A DNA stretch of 64,000 nucleotides from a virus. The notes under the pieces are model-generated. The model did not search any database, was not told the origin of the DNA, and was given only the letters and a program-made list of their open reading frames with translations. Both the position numbers and the translations under genes were made by a program. Below are positions 45,700-56,700 of this stretch, one piece after another. The stretch spans positions 7,985-71,984 of IMG/VR virus record IMGVR_UViG_3300033149_003459; one strand, given 5' to 3'. Within the stretch, counting starts at the first letter, position 1. The number at the start of each line of letters is the position of its first letter.

Positions 45700-46986
45700 A
45701 TGCCAAGCGTAAACAATATCAAGCTGTCCGTCGGGTTGGAGGCAACGGCCGGGACCGCCGTCAGCATGACGAATGTGGTCCCGATCTCCGGCGTGGTCGC
45801 CCTCGACAGGGTGGCTAACACGGGTCCCGACCCCGCCATAGTCGGAAGCAACATGAGCACAGGCGACTACCTGCTGTTCGCGGACGTGGCCGGTGACATC
45901 CCGCTGGCCGTACGACCGGTAGGGGGGATGGCGGTCCTCATCAAGTCCCTGCTCGGGACCGAAAACACCGTGCAGCAGGTCGGCGCGTGCATGCGCCTGC
46001 GGTATAGCGGCTCAAGCGCGTCGGCGAAGATCGAGGCCGACTCGACGCTGGACGAGCTGCGCTCGTCGGTCGGCGCGAAGGGCTCGGAATCCGCCGACAA
46101 CAACTTCGGCAACGTGGGCGTCATTGACCTGAGCGCGGCATCCTACGACTCGCTCGGCGAGCTGAAGACCGAGATAGACGCGTACGCGGACTACTCCGCC
46201 GAGATCATCTTCGGCGCGACGGACTTCGACGTCTCCACCACGGTCATCTCCGCCACCAAGCAGGGAAAGAACAACTGGGTCTACGTGTGGTTCGACTCCG
46301 CGTCGAGCGGCGTCTACCGGCACGAGTTCGTCGTCGACCTCAGCAACACCGAGCGCCCGACGCTCACCATGCAGAAGGACGGATACCAGGACAACTTCCT
46401 GTACGCCGGGTGCGTGGTGGACTCCATGAGCCTGTCCGGCGCGCTGAAGGCGATAGTCGAGGGCTCGGCCAGCGTCCTCGGGTTCACCGAGACCGGCGGC
46501 AAGAGCGCCATCAGCCTGACGCTTGAGGAGTACGACCCGCTGATCTTCTACAAGGGCGACTTCGCGCTGGGCGGGAACAACTACAACTACACGCGGAACT
46601 TCGACCTGTCGATGACCAACCAGCACAACCCGGACGGGTACGGCGGCGGCTCCGTCGACCGGCAGTACCACCAGAAGGGCATGTTCGAGTCCACAGGCAC
46701 CATGCAGGTGAGGCTCGACGCCACGAGCTTCGCCGAGCGGGCGAAGATGTTCGCCGACACGCAGGTGGCGATCACCCTTGAGCTTGAGGGCAAGGTCATA
46801 TCCGGCGTCATACCGGAGTTCATGCTCATCGAGCTTCCGTACTGCTCGATAACGGGCTACGAGTTCACCGAGAACACGGGGGTCTTCGACGCGAACATCG
46901 CCTTCAAGGCGATATCGCCGAAGGGCACGAGCTACAACGACCCCGTGACCATCACGCTCATCAACGAGGACAGCTCGTCCTACTGA
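45700..46986 (+). CDS. Major tail tube protein
   Basis: GLEATAGTAV, YAGCVVDSMSLS; upstream of chaperone and tape measure. Confidence 0.78.
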   Translation: MPSVNNIKLSVGLEATAGTAVSMTNVVPISGVVALDRVANTGPDPAIVGSNMSTGDYLLFADVAGDIPLAVRPVGGMAVLIKSLLGTENTVQQVGACMRLRYSGSSASAKIEADSTLDELRSSVGAKGSESADNNFGNVGVIDLSAASYDSLGELKTEIDAYADYSAEIIFGATDFDVSTTVISATKQGKNNWVYVWFDSASSGVYRHEFVVDLSNTERPTLTMQKDGYQDNFLYAGCVVDSMSLSGALKAIVEGSASVLGFTETGGKSAISLTLEEYDPLIFYKGDFALGGNNYNYTRNFDLSMTNQHNPDGYGGGSVDRQYHQKGMFESTGTMQVRLDATSFAERAKMFADTQVAITLELEGKVISGVIPEFMLIELPYCSITGYEFTENTGVFDANIAFKAISPKGTSYNDPVTITLINEDSSSY

Positions 46987-47012
46987 TAGGGCATCAGGAG
47001 GAGCAGGACCAT

Positions 47013-47498
47013 ATGGACAAGTGGGAGACGGCCGCGAGGAAGATCCAGCGGCAGGACAGCTGCGAGCTTGAGTCCCTCCCCGGGGCGCGGATCGTGCGGC
47101 GGAAGTTCACGGTCGAGGCGCAGGAGGGGCTTCTCGGCCAGCGCCAGGGCATAGAGCTTGACGAGTCGGGCGTGCCGGTCAACATACAGGAAGGCGAGCT
47201 GAGGGCGTTCCACCAGCACGTCATCGTGAACGGGCTCCTGGAGATGTGGTACAAGGACCCGGACGATGGCGACGCCACCGAGGAGCGCGTCGACATATCG
47301 GCGGAGGACTTCTTCGACAAGATATCCGCGTACGCGGACATCGAGTCGGAGATGTTCTCGCGCATCCTGGAGTACAACCGCCCTTTAGCGGAGACGAGCG
47401 ACTCGCCATCGAGGAGTGCACCAAATGGGTCGAGGACGGAGCCAGGTTCCGACCAGGAGAAACCCTCCCCGACGGGAGAGAGCCGCACGCAGAGCTGA
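47013..47498 (+). CDS. Tail assembly chaperone (gpG-like)
   Basis: Between tube and tape measure; slippery heptamer CCCTTTA at 47381. Confidence 0.72.
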   Translation: MDKWETAARKIQRQDSCELESLPGARIVRRKFTVEAQEGLLGQRQGIELDESGVPVNIQEGELRAFHQHVIVNGLLEMWYKDPDDGDATEERVDISAEDFFDKISAYADIESEMFSRILEYNRPLAETSDSPSRSAPNGSRTEPGSDQEKPSPTGESRTQS

Positions 47499-47743
47499 AG
47501 CGCTGGGCACCGTTCATCGTCGACTGCCTCACCTTCCTGGACGGGGACGGAGCGTTCCGCCACTGGAAGTACCCCGGCTCCTACTCGGAGCAGCCATGGC
47601 TCGACATACAGATCTACCAGGTCGTGCGCTCGAAGCACGTCGACATACAGAACAGGCGGCTGAAGGACCGCGTCGGAAAGATGAAAAAACCGGCGCGCCC
47701 GGCCGCGCGCCGACCACCACGTCACCACTACCGCAGGAGGTGA
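47381..47743 (+). CDS. -1 frameshift extension of the tail chaperone (gpGT-like)
   Basis: The -1 frame from C-CCT-TTA is open to 47743 and contains PGSYSEQPW. Confidence 0.72.
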   Translation, partial: PFSGDERLAIEECTKWVEDGARFRPGETLPDGREPHAELKRWAPFIVDCLTFLDGDGAFRHWKYPGSYSEQPWLDIQIYQVVRSKHVDIQNRRLKDRVGKMKKPARPAARRPPRHHYRRR

Positions 47744-47746
47744 CCC

Positions 47747-50722
47747 ATGCCGCGTGACGTCAACGTGGGGGTCATCCTCCGCGGCAAGGACCGGGCGTCC
47801 GACGACGTCAGGAAGGTGGACAAGTCCTTCGGAAGCCTGAACAAGACGGTGGTCAGCGGCGTAAAGAAGTACCTCGCCATAGGGACGGCCATATACGGGG
47901 TGAAGAAGGCCATCTCGATGGCCCTTGACAACGCATCCTACGCTGCGAACGTGCAGCAGGTCAGGATGTCGTTCGAGTCCATCGCGGAGCAGGCCGGGAA
48001 CTCCGCCGATGCCATCCTGAAGAGCATGCGGGAGATGTCCGGCGGCACCATAACGGAGCTGGACATGATGCTCGCCGCTAACCGCGCGGCGCTGCTCGGG
48101 CTGCCGGTCGACAAGCTCGACCAGCTCATGCAGATAGCGCGGGCGTCCGCCACGGCCACGGGCGAGTCCGTGCAGCAGATGTTCAACGACATCGTCACCG
48201 GCATCGGCCGGACCAGCCCGATGATCCTGGACAACCTCGGCATCACGGTCAAGATAGGCGAGGCCACCAAGGCGTACGGGGAGCAGATAGGCAAGGCGGC
48301 GAACCAGCTCACCGGAGCGGAGAAGCAGCAGGCACTCCTCAACGCCGTCCTCGCGCAGGGCGAGACCATCATGCGCAGGGTCGGTGAGGCGGGCCAGCAG
48401 ATAACGGCCGCCGAGCGGCCGCAGATGCTCACGGCCGCGTGGGCCGACCTGCGGGCCGAGCTCGGGAAGCGCCTCCTCCCTGTCTACGTCAAGCTCAGCG
48501 AGTGGGGCACGAAGATAGTACGCGGCCTCCTGCCGTACGTGTCGCAGATGCCCGCCGTATTCAAGGCGGTCGGGGAGATCGTGCAGCGCATCATGAAGCT
48601 GACATTCTCGGGCAAGGTGATAGCGAACGCCATAGACTCCATGGCCAAGCGCGTCGTTGACGCCATGGCGCTGGCCGCCGAGTTCATACCCAAGATTTTC
48701 CTTGAGGCGTTCGCCGTGATAGCCGAGGAGGGGCCGGGGTTGCTGTGGGCCGCGATAAAGCAGGGGTTCCTCGACAGGCTGTCCACGGCGTGGAACGAGT
48801 TCACGAAGATATGGAAGATAGATACCAAGGCGGTTGAGTCTCCTGACATGGTCTCCGACCAATGGAAGAAGGCGCTGGAGGATGCCGCCCCGCGGTTCAA
48901 GTCCATCGTCGACAACTTCCTGCAGTACATGAAGCAGACCATCGTCGCCACAGGGGAGATGGCGTCGAGCATGGTGGAGCCGTTCAAGGATGACGCGCTG
49001 CTGAACGAGCTGATAGACAAGCTCAAGGCGCTCGGTGAGGAGGCCGAGGAGGTCGGGGAGGAGATCGGAAGCAACCTGCGCACCGGCATAGAGAACGGCC
49101 TGAAGGACCTGACGCTGCCCGCCGAGATCAAGAAGCTGTGGGACCAGACCGAGGAGGCCGCGCTGCTTAAGCTTGAGGCGTCGCTTGATGGCGTGGTCAA
49201 GCAGGTCGGGCTCGTTAACGAGGAGCTCAACAACATACTCGCACTCGACGCCAAGCTCAGCGCAGCGGACGAGGAGACGGTGGCGAACTACAGGGAGCAG
49301 CTCCGGCAGTTGAACGCCGTCAAGGACGTGCTGTGGGGCAAGATACTTGCCATAAAGATGCGGCAGAACGAGGAGGACAACCGCCACATCAAGGAGTGGG
49401 CACGTCTGCAACGCAGTGCCTACGAGAACGAGATAGCGGACATCCGGGAGAGGGCCGCCGAGTTCGTAAGCGCCGGTGTGTCGTACCTGGAGGTGGAGAA
49501 GTGGCGCGAGGGCGCCATCGACGCCGTCAACAAGAAGCGGGAGGAGGAGCTCGCGCTTCTTGAGGCGCAGCGGAACGAGGCAGAGCGCCTGGCCACCATC
49601 GAGGAGACGCGCACCGCGCTTGGACCGGCGATAGGGGCGGCCGAGGCGTTCGCCGGGACGGAGGTGGGCAAGGCGACCGGCACGGCCGAGGCGCTCGGAA
49701 CCGGGCTGACCGTCGGGTTCGACGAGCAGCTCCTGACCGGGCTCGCCGACTTCGCGCTGAACATGGACGTGGTGAACGCCATCCTGAACCCGGTGAGCGC
49801 CGGGCTCGGCCTCCTGCAGCAGGCCATCGGCTGGCTGGTGGCGCAGATCAGCGGCGCGCTGACCGAGACCGAGACGTGGAAGGTGTTCCAGGAGGGCATC
49901 AAGACGTTCTTCTCGCAGATAGTCGTCCCGCTCGCCACGGCGATACAGCCGCTGCTCGTGTTCTTCCAGCAGCTCCTCTCGGCCATCGCGCCGTACCTCG
50001 TTGCCGCGTTCAACATGCTCGGCGAGCTCATGAAGAGGCTCCAGCCGCTGTGGGACGCGCTGGCGCTCGTGCTTGAGTCGGTGTTCAAGCTGTTCCTGTC
50101 CATACTGCCTGTCATCTTCACGTTCATATCTATAATAGGCAACATCCTCGCTCCGATCTTCGCGGCGCTCGCACCGGTGATCGACGCCATAGGCAGGATA
50201 TTCGAGGCGCTGTCTCCGGTGATCAACACCGTGATGTCTGTGCTGGGCGTGTTCGGTACGCTGATCGGGGGCGTGGCGGCAACGCTCGGCTGGCTCGCCA
50301 CGAAGATACTCGCCCTCGGCGAGGTCATCCTGTACGCCATCACCTTCCAGTGGAAGAAGATCGAGGACGTAGACTGGGGCGAGTCGTTCAGCGAGGCGCT
50401 GGACGAGATCGTGGTCGAGTCCGTCGAGAATGTGGCGTTCGACGTTGCTGGGGCCGGGTTCACCGACTTCGGTCCGAGCGGCGACCTGTTCGGACCCGGT
50501 GCCGAGGACTTCGCGCCGTTCGGGGAGGAGCCAGCCCCCACCATCGTCGGCGGGGAGACGACGATACAGCGCGCGCCGGAGTTCCACATATACCAGACCT
50601 TCGAGGGTCCGATAGTCGGGGCGTCCGGCATGGCCGAGGTCGGCGAGTTCATGGTCGAGGCCGTAGAGGACTACCTCGGTCAGGGCGGCGTGGTAGAGTG
50701 GCTGGAGGCGCCCGCGACATGA
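47747..50722 (+). CDS. Tape measure protein
   Basis: 991 aa, helical; ILDNLGI motif; amphipathic repeats. Confidence 0.9.
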   Translation: MPRDVNVGVILRGKDRASDDVRKVDKSFGSLNKTVVSGVKKYLAIGTAIYGVKKAISMALDNASYAANVQQVRMSFESIAEQAGNSADAILKSMREMSGGTITELDMMLAANRAALLGLPVDKLDQLMQIARASATATGESVQQMFNDIVTGIGRTSPMILDNLGITVKIGEATKAYGEQIGKAANQLTGAEKQQALLNAVLAQGETIMRRVGEAGQQITAAERPQMLTAAWADLRAELGKRLLPVYVKLSEWGTKIVRGLLPYVSQMPAVFKAVGEIVQRIMKLTFSGKVIANAIDSMAKRVVDAMALAAEFIPKIFLEAFAVIAEEGPGLLWAAIKQGFLDRLSTAWNEFTKIWKIDTKAVESPDMVSDQWKKALEDAAPRFKSIVDNFLQYMKQTIVATGEMASSMVEPFKDDALLNELIDKLKALGEEAEEVGEEIGSNLRTGIENGLKDLTLPAEIKKLWDQTEEAALLKLEASLDGVVKQVGLVNEELNNILALDAKLSAADEETVANYREQLRQLNAVKDVLWGKILAIKMRQNEEDNRHIKEWARLQRSAYENEIADIRERAAEFVSAGVSYLEVEKWREGAIDAVNKKREEELALLEAQRNEAERLATIEETRTALGPAIGAAEAFAGTEVGKATGTAEALGTGLTVGFDEQLLTGLADFALNMDVVNAILNPVSAGLGLLQQAIGWLVAQISGALTETETWKVFQEGIKTFFSQIVVPLATAIQPLLVFFQQLLSAIAPYLVAAFNMLGELMKRLQPLWDALALVLESVFKLFLSILPVIFTFISIIGNILAPIFAALAPVIDAIGRIFEALSPVINTVMSVLGVFGTLIGGVAATLGWLATKILALGEVILYAITFQWKKIEDVDWGESFSEALDEIVVESVENVAFDVAGAGFTDFGPSGDLFGPGAEDFAPFGEEPAPTIVGGETTIQRAPEFHIYQTFEGPIVGASGMAEVGEFMVEAVEDYLGQGGVVEWLEAPAT

Positions 50723-53700
50723 CGTACTTCGTTCCCGCGTCCAGCGGGTTCCAGGCGGCCGTGCAGGACAACACCGAGCCGCGCACGTGGAAGATCCTCA
50801 TAGACACCAACGATGACGACACCCTCGACGACGTCACGCAGTACCTCTACGGCAACAGCGTCAACGTCAGCGGGACCGGCGGAAGCTTCCACTCGAAGGC
50901 CATGTCGAGCAGCGCCCAGGTGCTGCTCCGCAACTCCGGCGGCTGGTTCGACGAGGGCGACCACGCCGGGGCCAAGGCGGCCATAGAGGTGACTGTCGGC
51001 ACCGGGAACGAGTACATACGTATCTTCACCGGCTACGTGGACGAGAAGGGCGCGCAGCGGAAGAGGCGCGCGATCAGCGAGGACGTAGTGCAGTTCACGT
51101 TCGTAGACGCCACGAAGATGCGCGGCATGCGGGCGAGGCTGGACCCGGCCATCTACGTCGGGTACAGCCTGTTCGACCCCAGCGCGACCGGGACGTCGCT
51201 CATGCACAAGTTCGCCAAGACCCTTGGCGTGACGGCGGGCTCCATCGTCGGCACGGCCGTCAACCACACGAAGGACTACATGCCCGTCAGGGGCGACACC
51301 GAGGCGTGGCGCGAGATGCAGAAGATACAGGCTGCGTACCTCGCGCACATGGGCTTTCGGTACGACGGCAAGCTCGTCTTCGACAGCTACTTCGCCACCG
51401 GGTGGTCGTCGCCGTCGAGCGAGTGGACGCTCGACACGGACAACATCCACTCGTGGTCCGGCTCGTACAGCAAGGTCCGGTGCAACAGGGCGCGGCTTGA
51501 GTTCTCCGGGTACGAGCAGCTGCCGACGCAGGTCATCTACAAGAACACCACTAACTACGACACGACGTACAACCGCATCAGCATCAGGCTCGCGAACAAC
51601 GAGTACTGGCCCGGCCCTAACCAGGACGACGTGGCGCAGCTCAAGTACAAGCTCCCGACCAGCTCGGAGGAGATCCCCATCGGCCTCAGCATACAGACGC
51701 CTACCATAGGCGCGTACAGCTCCGGAAGCGACATAGAGGCCACCGGGGCGGGCACGCCGACCATCATCAGCTTCAACGGCTCGACCGACGCGACGCAGCA
51801 GAACCCGGACAGCTCGGAGATCATACTCCAGAACCAGTCCGGCGGCCACATAACGATCACCAAGCTAACCGTCCAGGGGATACCCGTCAGGGTGTCTGAG
51901 AGCAACACCATCGAGCACACAGACGCGACCGTATCCGACGAGTGGGACTACGTGGACAAGTCGGTGGACGGCACGTACGCCGCGAGCGTATCGCAGGCCG
52001 AGACCACCGTCCAGCGGTGGGTCGAGTTCGGGAAGGACCCGAGGAAGGTGTTCAGCGTCATCACCGACTTCCTCCCGCAGGTGCAGCCGGGCGCGGTCGT
52101 CCAGTTCAACCCGGAGGCCGGGATCAACCTCGCATGCTGGGTCGAGAGCTTCAAGCACACGGCACGCGGGCCGATGGGGAGGTGGAAGACCTCCCTCGGG
52201 CTCATCGAGAAGGACAGCTTCACGGCCACGGGCTCCCCGATAAGGTACGCCAAGCACAGGTCGAGCAGCAGGACCGTGGACCACGAGTTCGAGGCGCGGC
52301 CCACGGACGAGCAGATGATACTGTACGGGGAGGACCTTGAGGTCCACCTGCCGTTCGACCACGGCTCCGGGCTGCGCGCCGTGGACACCTCTGGCAACGA
52401 CAACCACGCCACGCTGTCCGACGAGGCATGGGCCGCGGGCCTGGCCGGGTACGCGCTGGACTGCGACGCCACCGACCACGCGGACCTCGGAAGTGTCATC
52501 AGCCCTATGACGCAGATCAGCGTCTCGTGCTGGGTCAAGGGCTGCGACGGTAGCTACGATCAGGCATTCGTGAATAACCATGGGTCGGGCGGCACTGATC
52601 AGTTCTTCGTATTCGGGACGACATCCACGTTCTCCTACCACCTGTATCTTACCTTGGATGACGGGACCACCGCCGAGTCGAAGGATGGCGGAGCCGCGAT
52701 CCCTGATTCGGGCTGGCATCATGTCGGGTTCTCATACGACGCATCGTCAAAAGCCTGGGTGATCTATCTCGACGGGCAGAAAGTCGCCAACGGAACATAT
52801 GGCGGTGGCACTGTCGATCTGACCGAGCGGACGATCAGGATCGGCGCCAGACGCAGCGACGCATCCTTGAAGACGCAAGGTCGGATCGACGAGGTGCTCA
52901 TCTACAGCCGGATACTGTCCGACGGCGAGTTCCGGGCGCTGTACGTGAACCCGACCGGGGTGCCGACCACAGAGATCGTCGAGGCCAACGTCGGTGACGA
53001 CGCCGTCACCGCGCGGTCCGTGAACGCCAACGACTTCGTCCGGGCCGTGGACTTCTCCGACCTGGCGCTGTACCACAGCTTCGACCACGAGACCGGCAAG
53101 CACGGGGGTTGCTACCATTTCGACGGCTCCAGCGGCACGTTCTACATAGGCGACCACGCCGACATCGACTTCGGCACAGGCGCATTCACGATCCTCTTCT
53201 GGTACAAGCCGGACGACACGCCCGGCGCGAACGAGCAGCTGTTCAAGAAGCGCGCGTCAGGGGCGGGCTACACCTGTGAGGTGTACACGTCGCTGAAGCT
53301 CCTATGGTACATCAACGACGGTACCGCGCACAGTTTCGTGACCGACCTCACGGTCACCGTCGGGCAATGGAACCACCTCGCGTTCGTTCGGGACTCATCC
53401 GGCAACATGTACGCATGGATCAACGGGGTGAAGGACACGGGAACCGCCGTCGCCACGGGCAGCGTCACGAACGCTCAGGACCTGCACTTCTTCTCCGACA
53501 ACGGCGCTTCGCAGTACGTGGACGGCTCCATCGACGAGCTGTGGATTTTTGGCCGGGCGCTGAGCGAGGCCGAGATCAAGTTCATGATGACCAACCCCGG
53601 CGGGATGGTGCCGAACACCGTCGGGGCCGAGCAGGTGGTGTACGAGGCGCTGAGGGCGGCGCACGTCGAGGCGTCCGAGTGGATCAGGAACGAGAGCGAT

Positions 53701-53724
53701 GAAGGACGTAGCCCCGACGCATGA
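50719..53724 (+). CDS. Tail tip/hub protein with LamG (ConA-like) domains
   Basis: Follows the tape measure; WHHVG, GRIDEVLIYSRILS, GSIDELWIFGRALS. Confidence 0.75.
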   Translation: MTYFVPASSGFQAAVQDNTEPRTWKILIDTNDDDTLDDVTQYLYGNSVNVSGTGGSFHSKAMSSSAQVLLRNSGGWFDEGDHAGAKAAIEVTVGTGNEYIRIFTGYVDEKGAQRKRRAISEDVVQFTFVDATKMRGMRARLDPAIYVGYSLFDPSATGTSLMHKFAKTLGVTAGSIVGTAVNHTKDYMPVRGDTEAWREMQKIQAAYLAHMGFRYDGKLVFDSYFATGWSSPSSEWTLDTDNIHSWSGSYSKVRCNRARLEFSGYEQLPTQVIYKNTTNYDTTYNRISIRLANNEYWPGPNQDDVAQLKYKLPTSSEEIPIGLSIQTPTIGAYSSGSDIEATGAGTPTIISFNGSTDATQQNPDSSEIILQNQSGGHITITKLTVQGIPVRVSESNTIEHTDATVSDEWDYVDKSVDGTYAASVSQAETTVQRWVEFGKDPRKVFSVITDFLPQVQPGAVVQFNPEAGINLACWVESFKHTARGPMGRWKTSLGLIEKDSFTATGSPIRYAKHRSSSRTVDHEFEARPTDEQMILYGEDLEVHLPFDHGSGLRAVDTSGNDNHATLSDEAWAAGLAGYALDCDATDHADLGSVISPMTQISVSCWVKGCDGSYDQAFVNNHGSGGTDQFFVFGTTSTFSYHLYLTLDDGTTAESKDGGAAIPDSGWHHVGFSYDASSKAWVIYLDGQKVANGTYGGGTVDLTERTIRIGARRSDASLKTQGRIDEVLIYSRILSDGEFRALYVNPTGVPTTEIVEANVGDDAVTARSVNANDFVRAVDFSDLALYHSFDHETGKHGGCYHFDGSSGTFYIGDHADIDFGTGAFTILFWYKPDDTPGANEQLFKKRASGAGYTCEVYTSLKLLWYINDGTAHSFVTDLTVTVGQWNHLAFVRDSSGNMYAWINGVKDTGTAVATGSVTNAQDLHFFSDNGASQYVDGSIDELWIFGRALSEAEIKFMMTNPGGMVPNTVGAEQVVYEALRAAHVEASEWIRNESDEGRSPDA

Positions 53725-56700
53725 GGCAGGCCGCGTGGGGAACGCCTATCACTTCGACGGCTCGTCGCAGTACATGACCATCCCGCACCACGCAGACTTC
53801 AACTTTGGCACTGGAGATTTTAGTATCGCGCTATGGGTGTATCTCGATGACACTCCTACAGCTAACGAAACGTTTGTCTATAAGTGGAATACGGGTGAAG
53901 GGGCGATCAAGATTCGTACGGACAGTGGCCTTAACCTGCGCGCCTACGTCGGGACCGCAGCTTCATACACCGGACTTGTAGACACTGAGGCCATGTCGAC
54001 CGGAACCTGGTATTTCGTCACGCTGGTCCGCGAAAGCGGGGCAATACGGCTGTACAAGAATGCTGTTCTTGTGGACTCGGATTCAGATAGCGGCGACGTC
54101 AATACAAGCACCGACCTGAACATCGCACGCGGTGCCGGTGGGGCGGAGCTGTTTGATGGCCTCATCGACGAGCTGTGGATTTTTGACCGGGCGCTGAGCG
54201 CGGCGGAGGTGAAGAGCTTGTACACAGCTCCGCTGTCCTTCACCTCCTACATGGTGGACTCCGCGCAGCTCAGGGCCGACCAGATCAAGAGCGAACACAT
54301 AGACGTCTCCTCGTTCCTGTCGGTCCCGAGCGATGAGGACCTGAAGCTCTACTACAGCTTTGACGACGACGGGCTCGCGGACGGGGACACCGTGAAGGAC
54401 CAGTCGCCCGCCGAGAACGACGGGACGCTGACGCTCGGTGCCGGTGGCGGCTTCACAGACGGGAAGGCCAACGCGGCCATGGACTTCGGGGGCTCCCAGG
54501 ACACCTACGTCACCGTGATGTCGGACGGCAGCGGCTCGGACTTCGCGGTCCAGTCGTTCTCGATAGCGTGCTGGATATACATAACGTCAATCGAGAATTA
54601 CGCGATCATTTGGAGCTACGACTACACGTCACACGCCACCCCGTACTATGCGCAGCATCTCCGGGTGGAGGAAAGTGGCGGTCAGGGAAGGGTCATTTTC
54701 TATTGGAATGATGGCAGCGCGGCTCAAAATGTGTCGTCAGATTATGGAACCATCTCGCAGGACACTTGGCACCATGTCTGTGTGACGTTCACCTCCGGCT
54801 CGCAGGAGATATGGATCGACGGAGTCCTGGCTGAGTCGAAGACCAACACGGACACCATCACCTACTACGCACAGGAGATATGGGTCGGCCGGGCCAACTT
54901 TTCTGTCACAGATGAGCTGATCCTCGACGAGCTCAGGTTCTACGACAGGGTGCTGACTCAGAAAGAGATCCGCTCGCTGTACCTGAATCCGGGCGGCATG
55001 GTCCACGGGATGGTGGCAACCAGGCACCTGGTGGCCGACCTGATAACGGCGAACGAGATAGCCGCCGACGCGGTCGAGGCAGACAAGATCAAGGCCGAGG
55101 CCGTGCTGGTGGAGAAGCTGAACGTCCTCGCCCGCGACCTGGTGAACAACGTCACGTATTCAGGGCATCTCGGCGGGTGGGGGCAGCACGACGATGATGG
55201 GACGAACAACGGCACCACAGCGCTGAGCGTCGTACCCTTAGTCTATGGGAGCCAGACGGTCTACGCGGTCCGGCTCTCCGATGACGGGACGTGGGCGGCC
55301 AGGCTGAAGAGCTTCGAGGTCAGCCACGGGAAGGTATACAAGGTAACCTTCGCCGGGAAGGTGTCGAGTGCTGCGTACTCCGGATACGTCAACGTGCTCG
55401 CCTACAGCTCGTTGCAGGAGGGGGCTGAGTCGGACGGCAGCCTGCACACAGGTAACTACAACGTCACACCGTATGACAGCAGTCGGACTGCGGGTACACC
55501 AGCAGCCACGGACGTCGAACTGAGTAGAGACAAGAGCACGTCGTTCGTCGAGCACACGGCCTACATAATCGGCTACGGGCGCAGCATCGACGATTGCCCT
55601 GCTGTCAGCAACACGGATGATAAGTTCATATACCTGTCCGACTCACGCACGAAGTACGTCAGCTTGGAGATGCACGCCGCGTTCTCGGGGTCCGGGACGT
55701 TCGACATAGTCAACATGTCGGTGGTCGAGCTCGGCACCGGGCAGATCGTTGCCGAGAACATCGTCGCCGAGACGATCACCGCCGACGAGATCGCCAGCAG
55801 CACGCTCACGTCGAGGACGCTCCTCATCGGCAAGGACAACAACATCTACGACTACGGCGACGACATAGGTGACAGCGACGAGTTGTTCCTGCACGACCTG
55901 ACCTGCCTGAGCTCCAAGGGGCGCGTGCCGGAGGAGAAGTCGATCACCCCGGCACCCCGTGCGAGCTACGACAGCGACAACACCGAATACGAGAACCCCG
56001 AGGCGATGATGTGGGACGACATCGCCGGGGACCCGCGGGCCGACGGGATAGGCTTCTGGCGCTCGACGACCAACATGATCGACGAGCCGTTCGACTACGC
56101 GGCCGCCTTCACGGAAAGTAATATGTACACGATCACGGAGGCGACGTTCAGGTTCCAGAACCACACGTTCTGGACGTTCATGGCGAACAGCACGTCCACC
56201 TCCTCGGCGTCCCACTACTTCACGTTCAGCAGCAGTGACGTCGCAGTAAGGATGATCATACGGAAGGGCCAGGTGTCCGGCACGACGAACGTCAGGATGT
56301 ACCGCACCACCGGGGCGCTGAAGGCCGGGGTGAACATCACGTGGACCTCCGACACGGTGGCCCTTGTCACGCCGACCACCTACACGTGCGAGATCATCGA
56401 CGCGATCTGGCACGAGAGCGGCGAGCTGGTGGAGATCGCGCTCAAGTTCGGCAGCATCACGACAGGCGACGGGACGGTCAGGCTGATCATCTACCCGGAC
56501 AGCTCCGAGGCGGACGGCGACTACGTCGAGGTGGCGGCGGTCCAGGTCGAGGAGCAGCCCCACCCGACCCCGTACACGCCGTCAAACCGAGATGTGTCGG
56601 CACTGTGGTACAGGTACGAGTGGGCGCAGGCGGGCTCCATCGAGCTGCGGGTGCGGATGCGCTGCAACTATGACGGTGTCGGGAACCAATACATAGTGAG

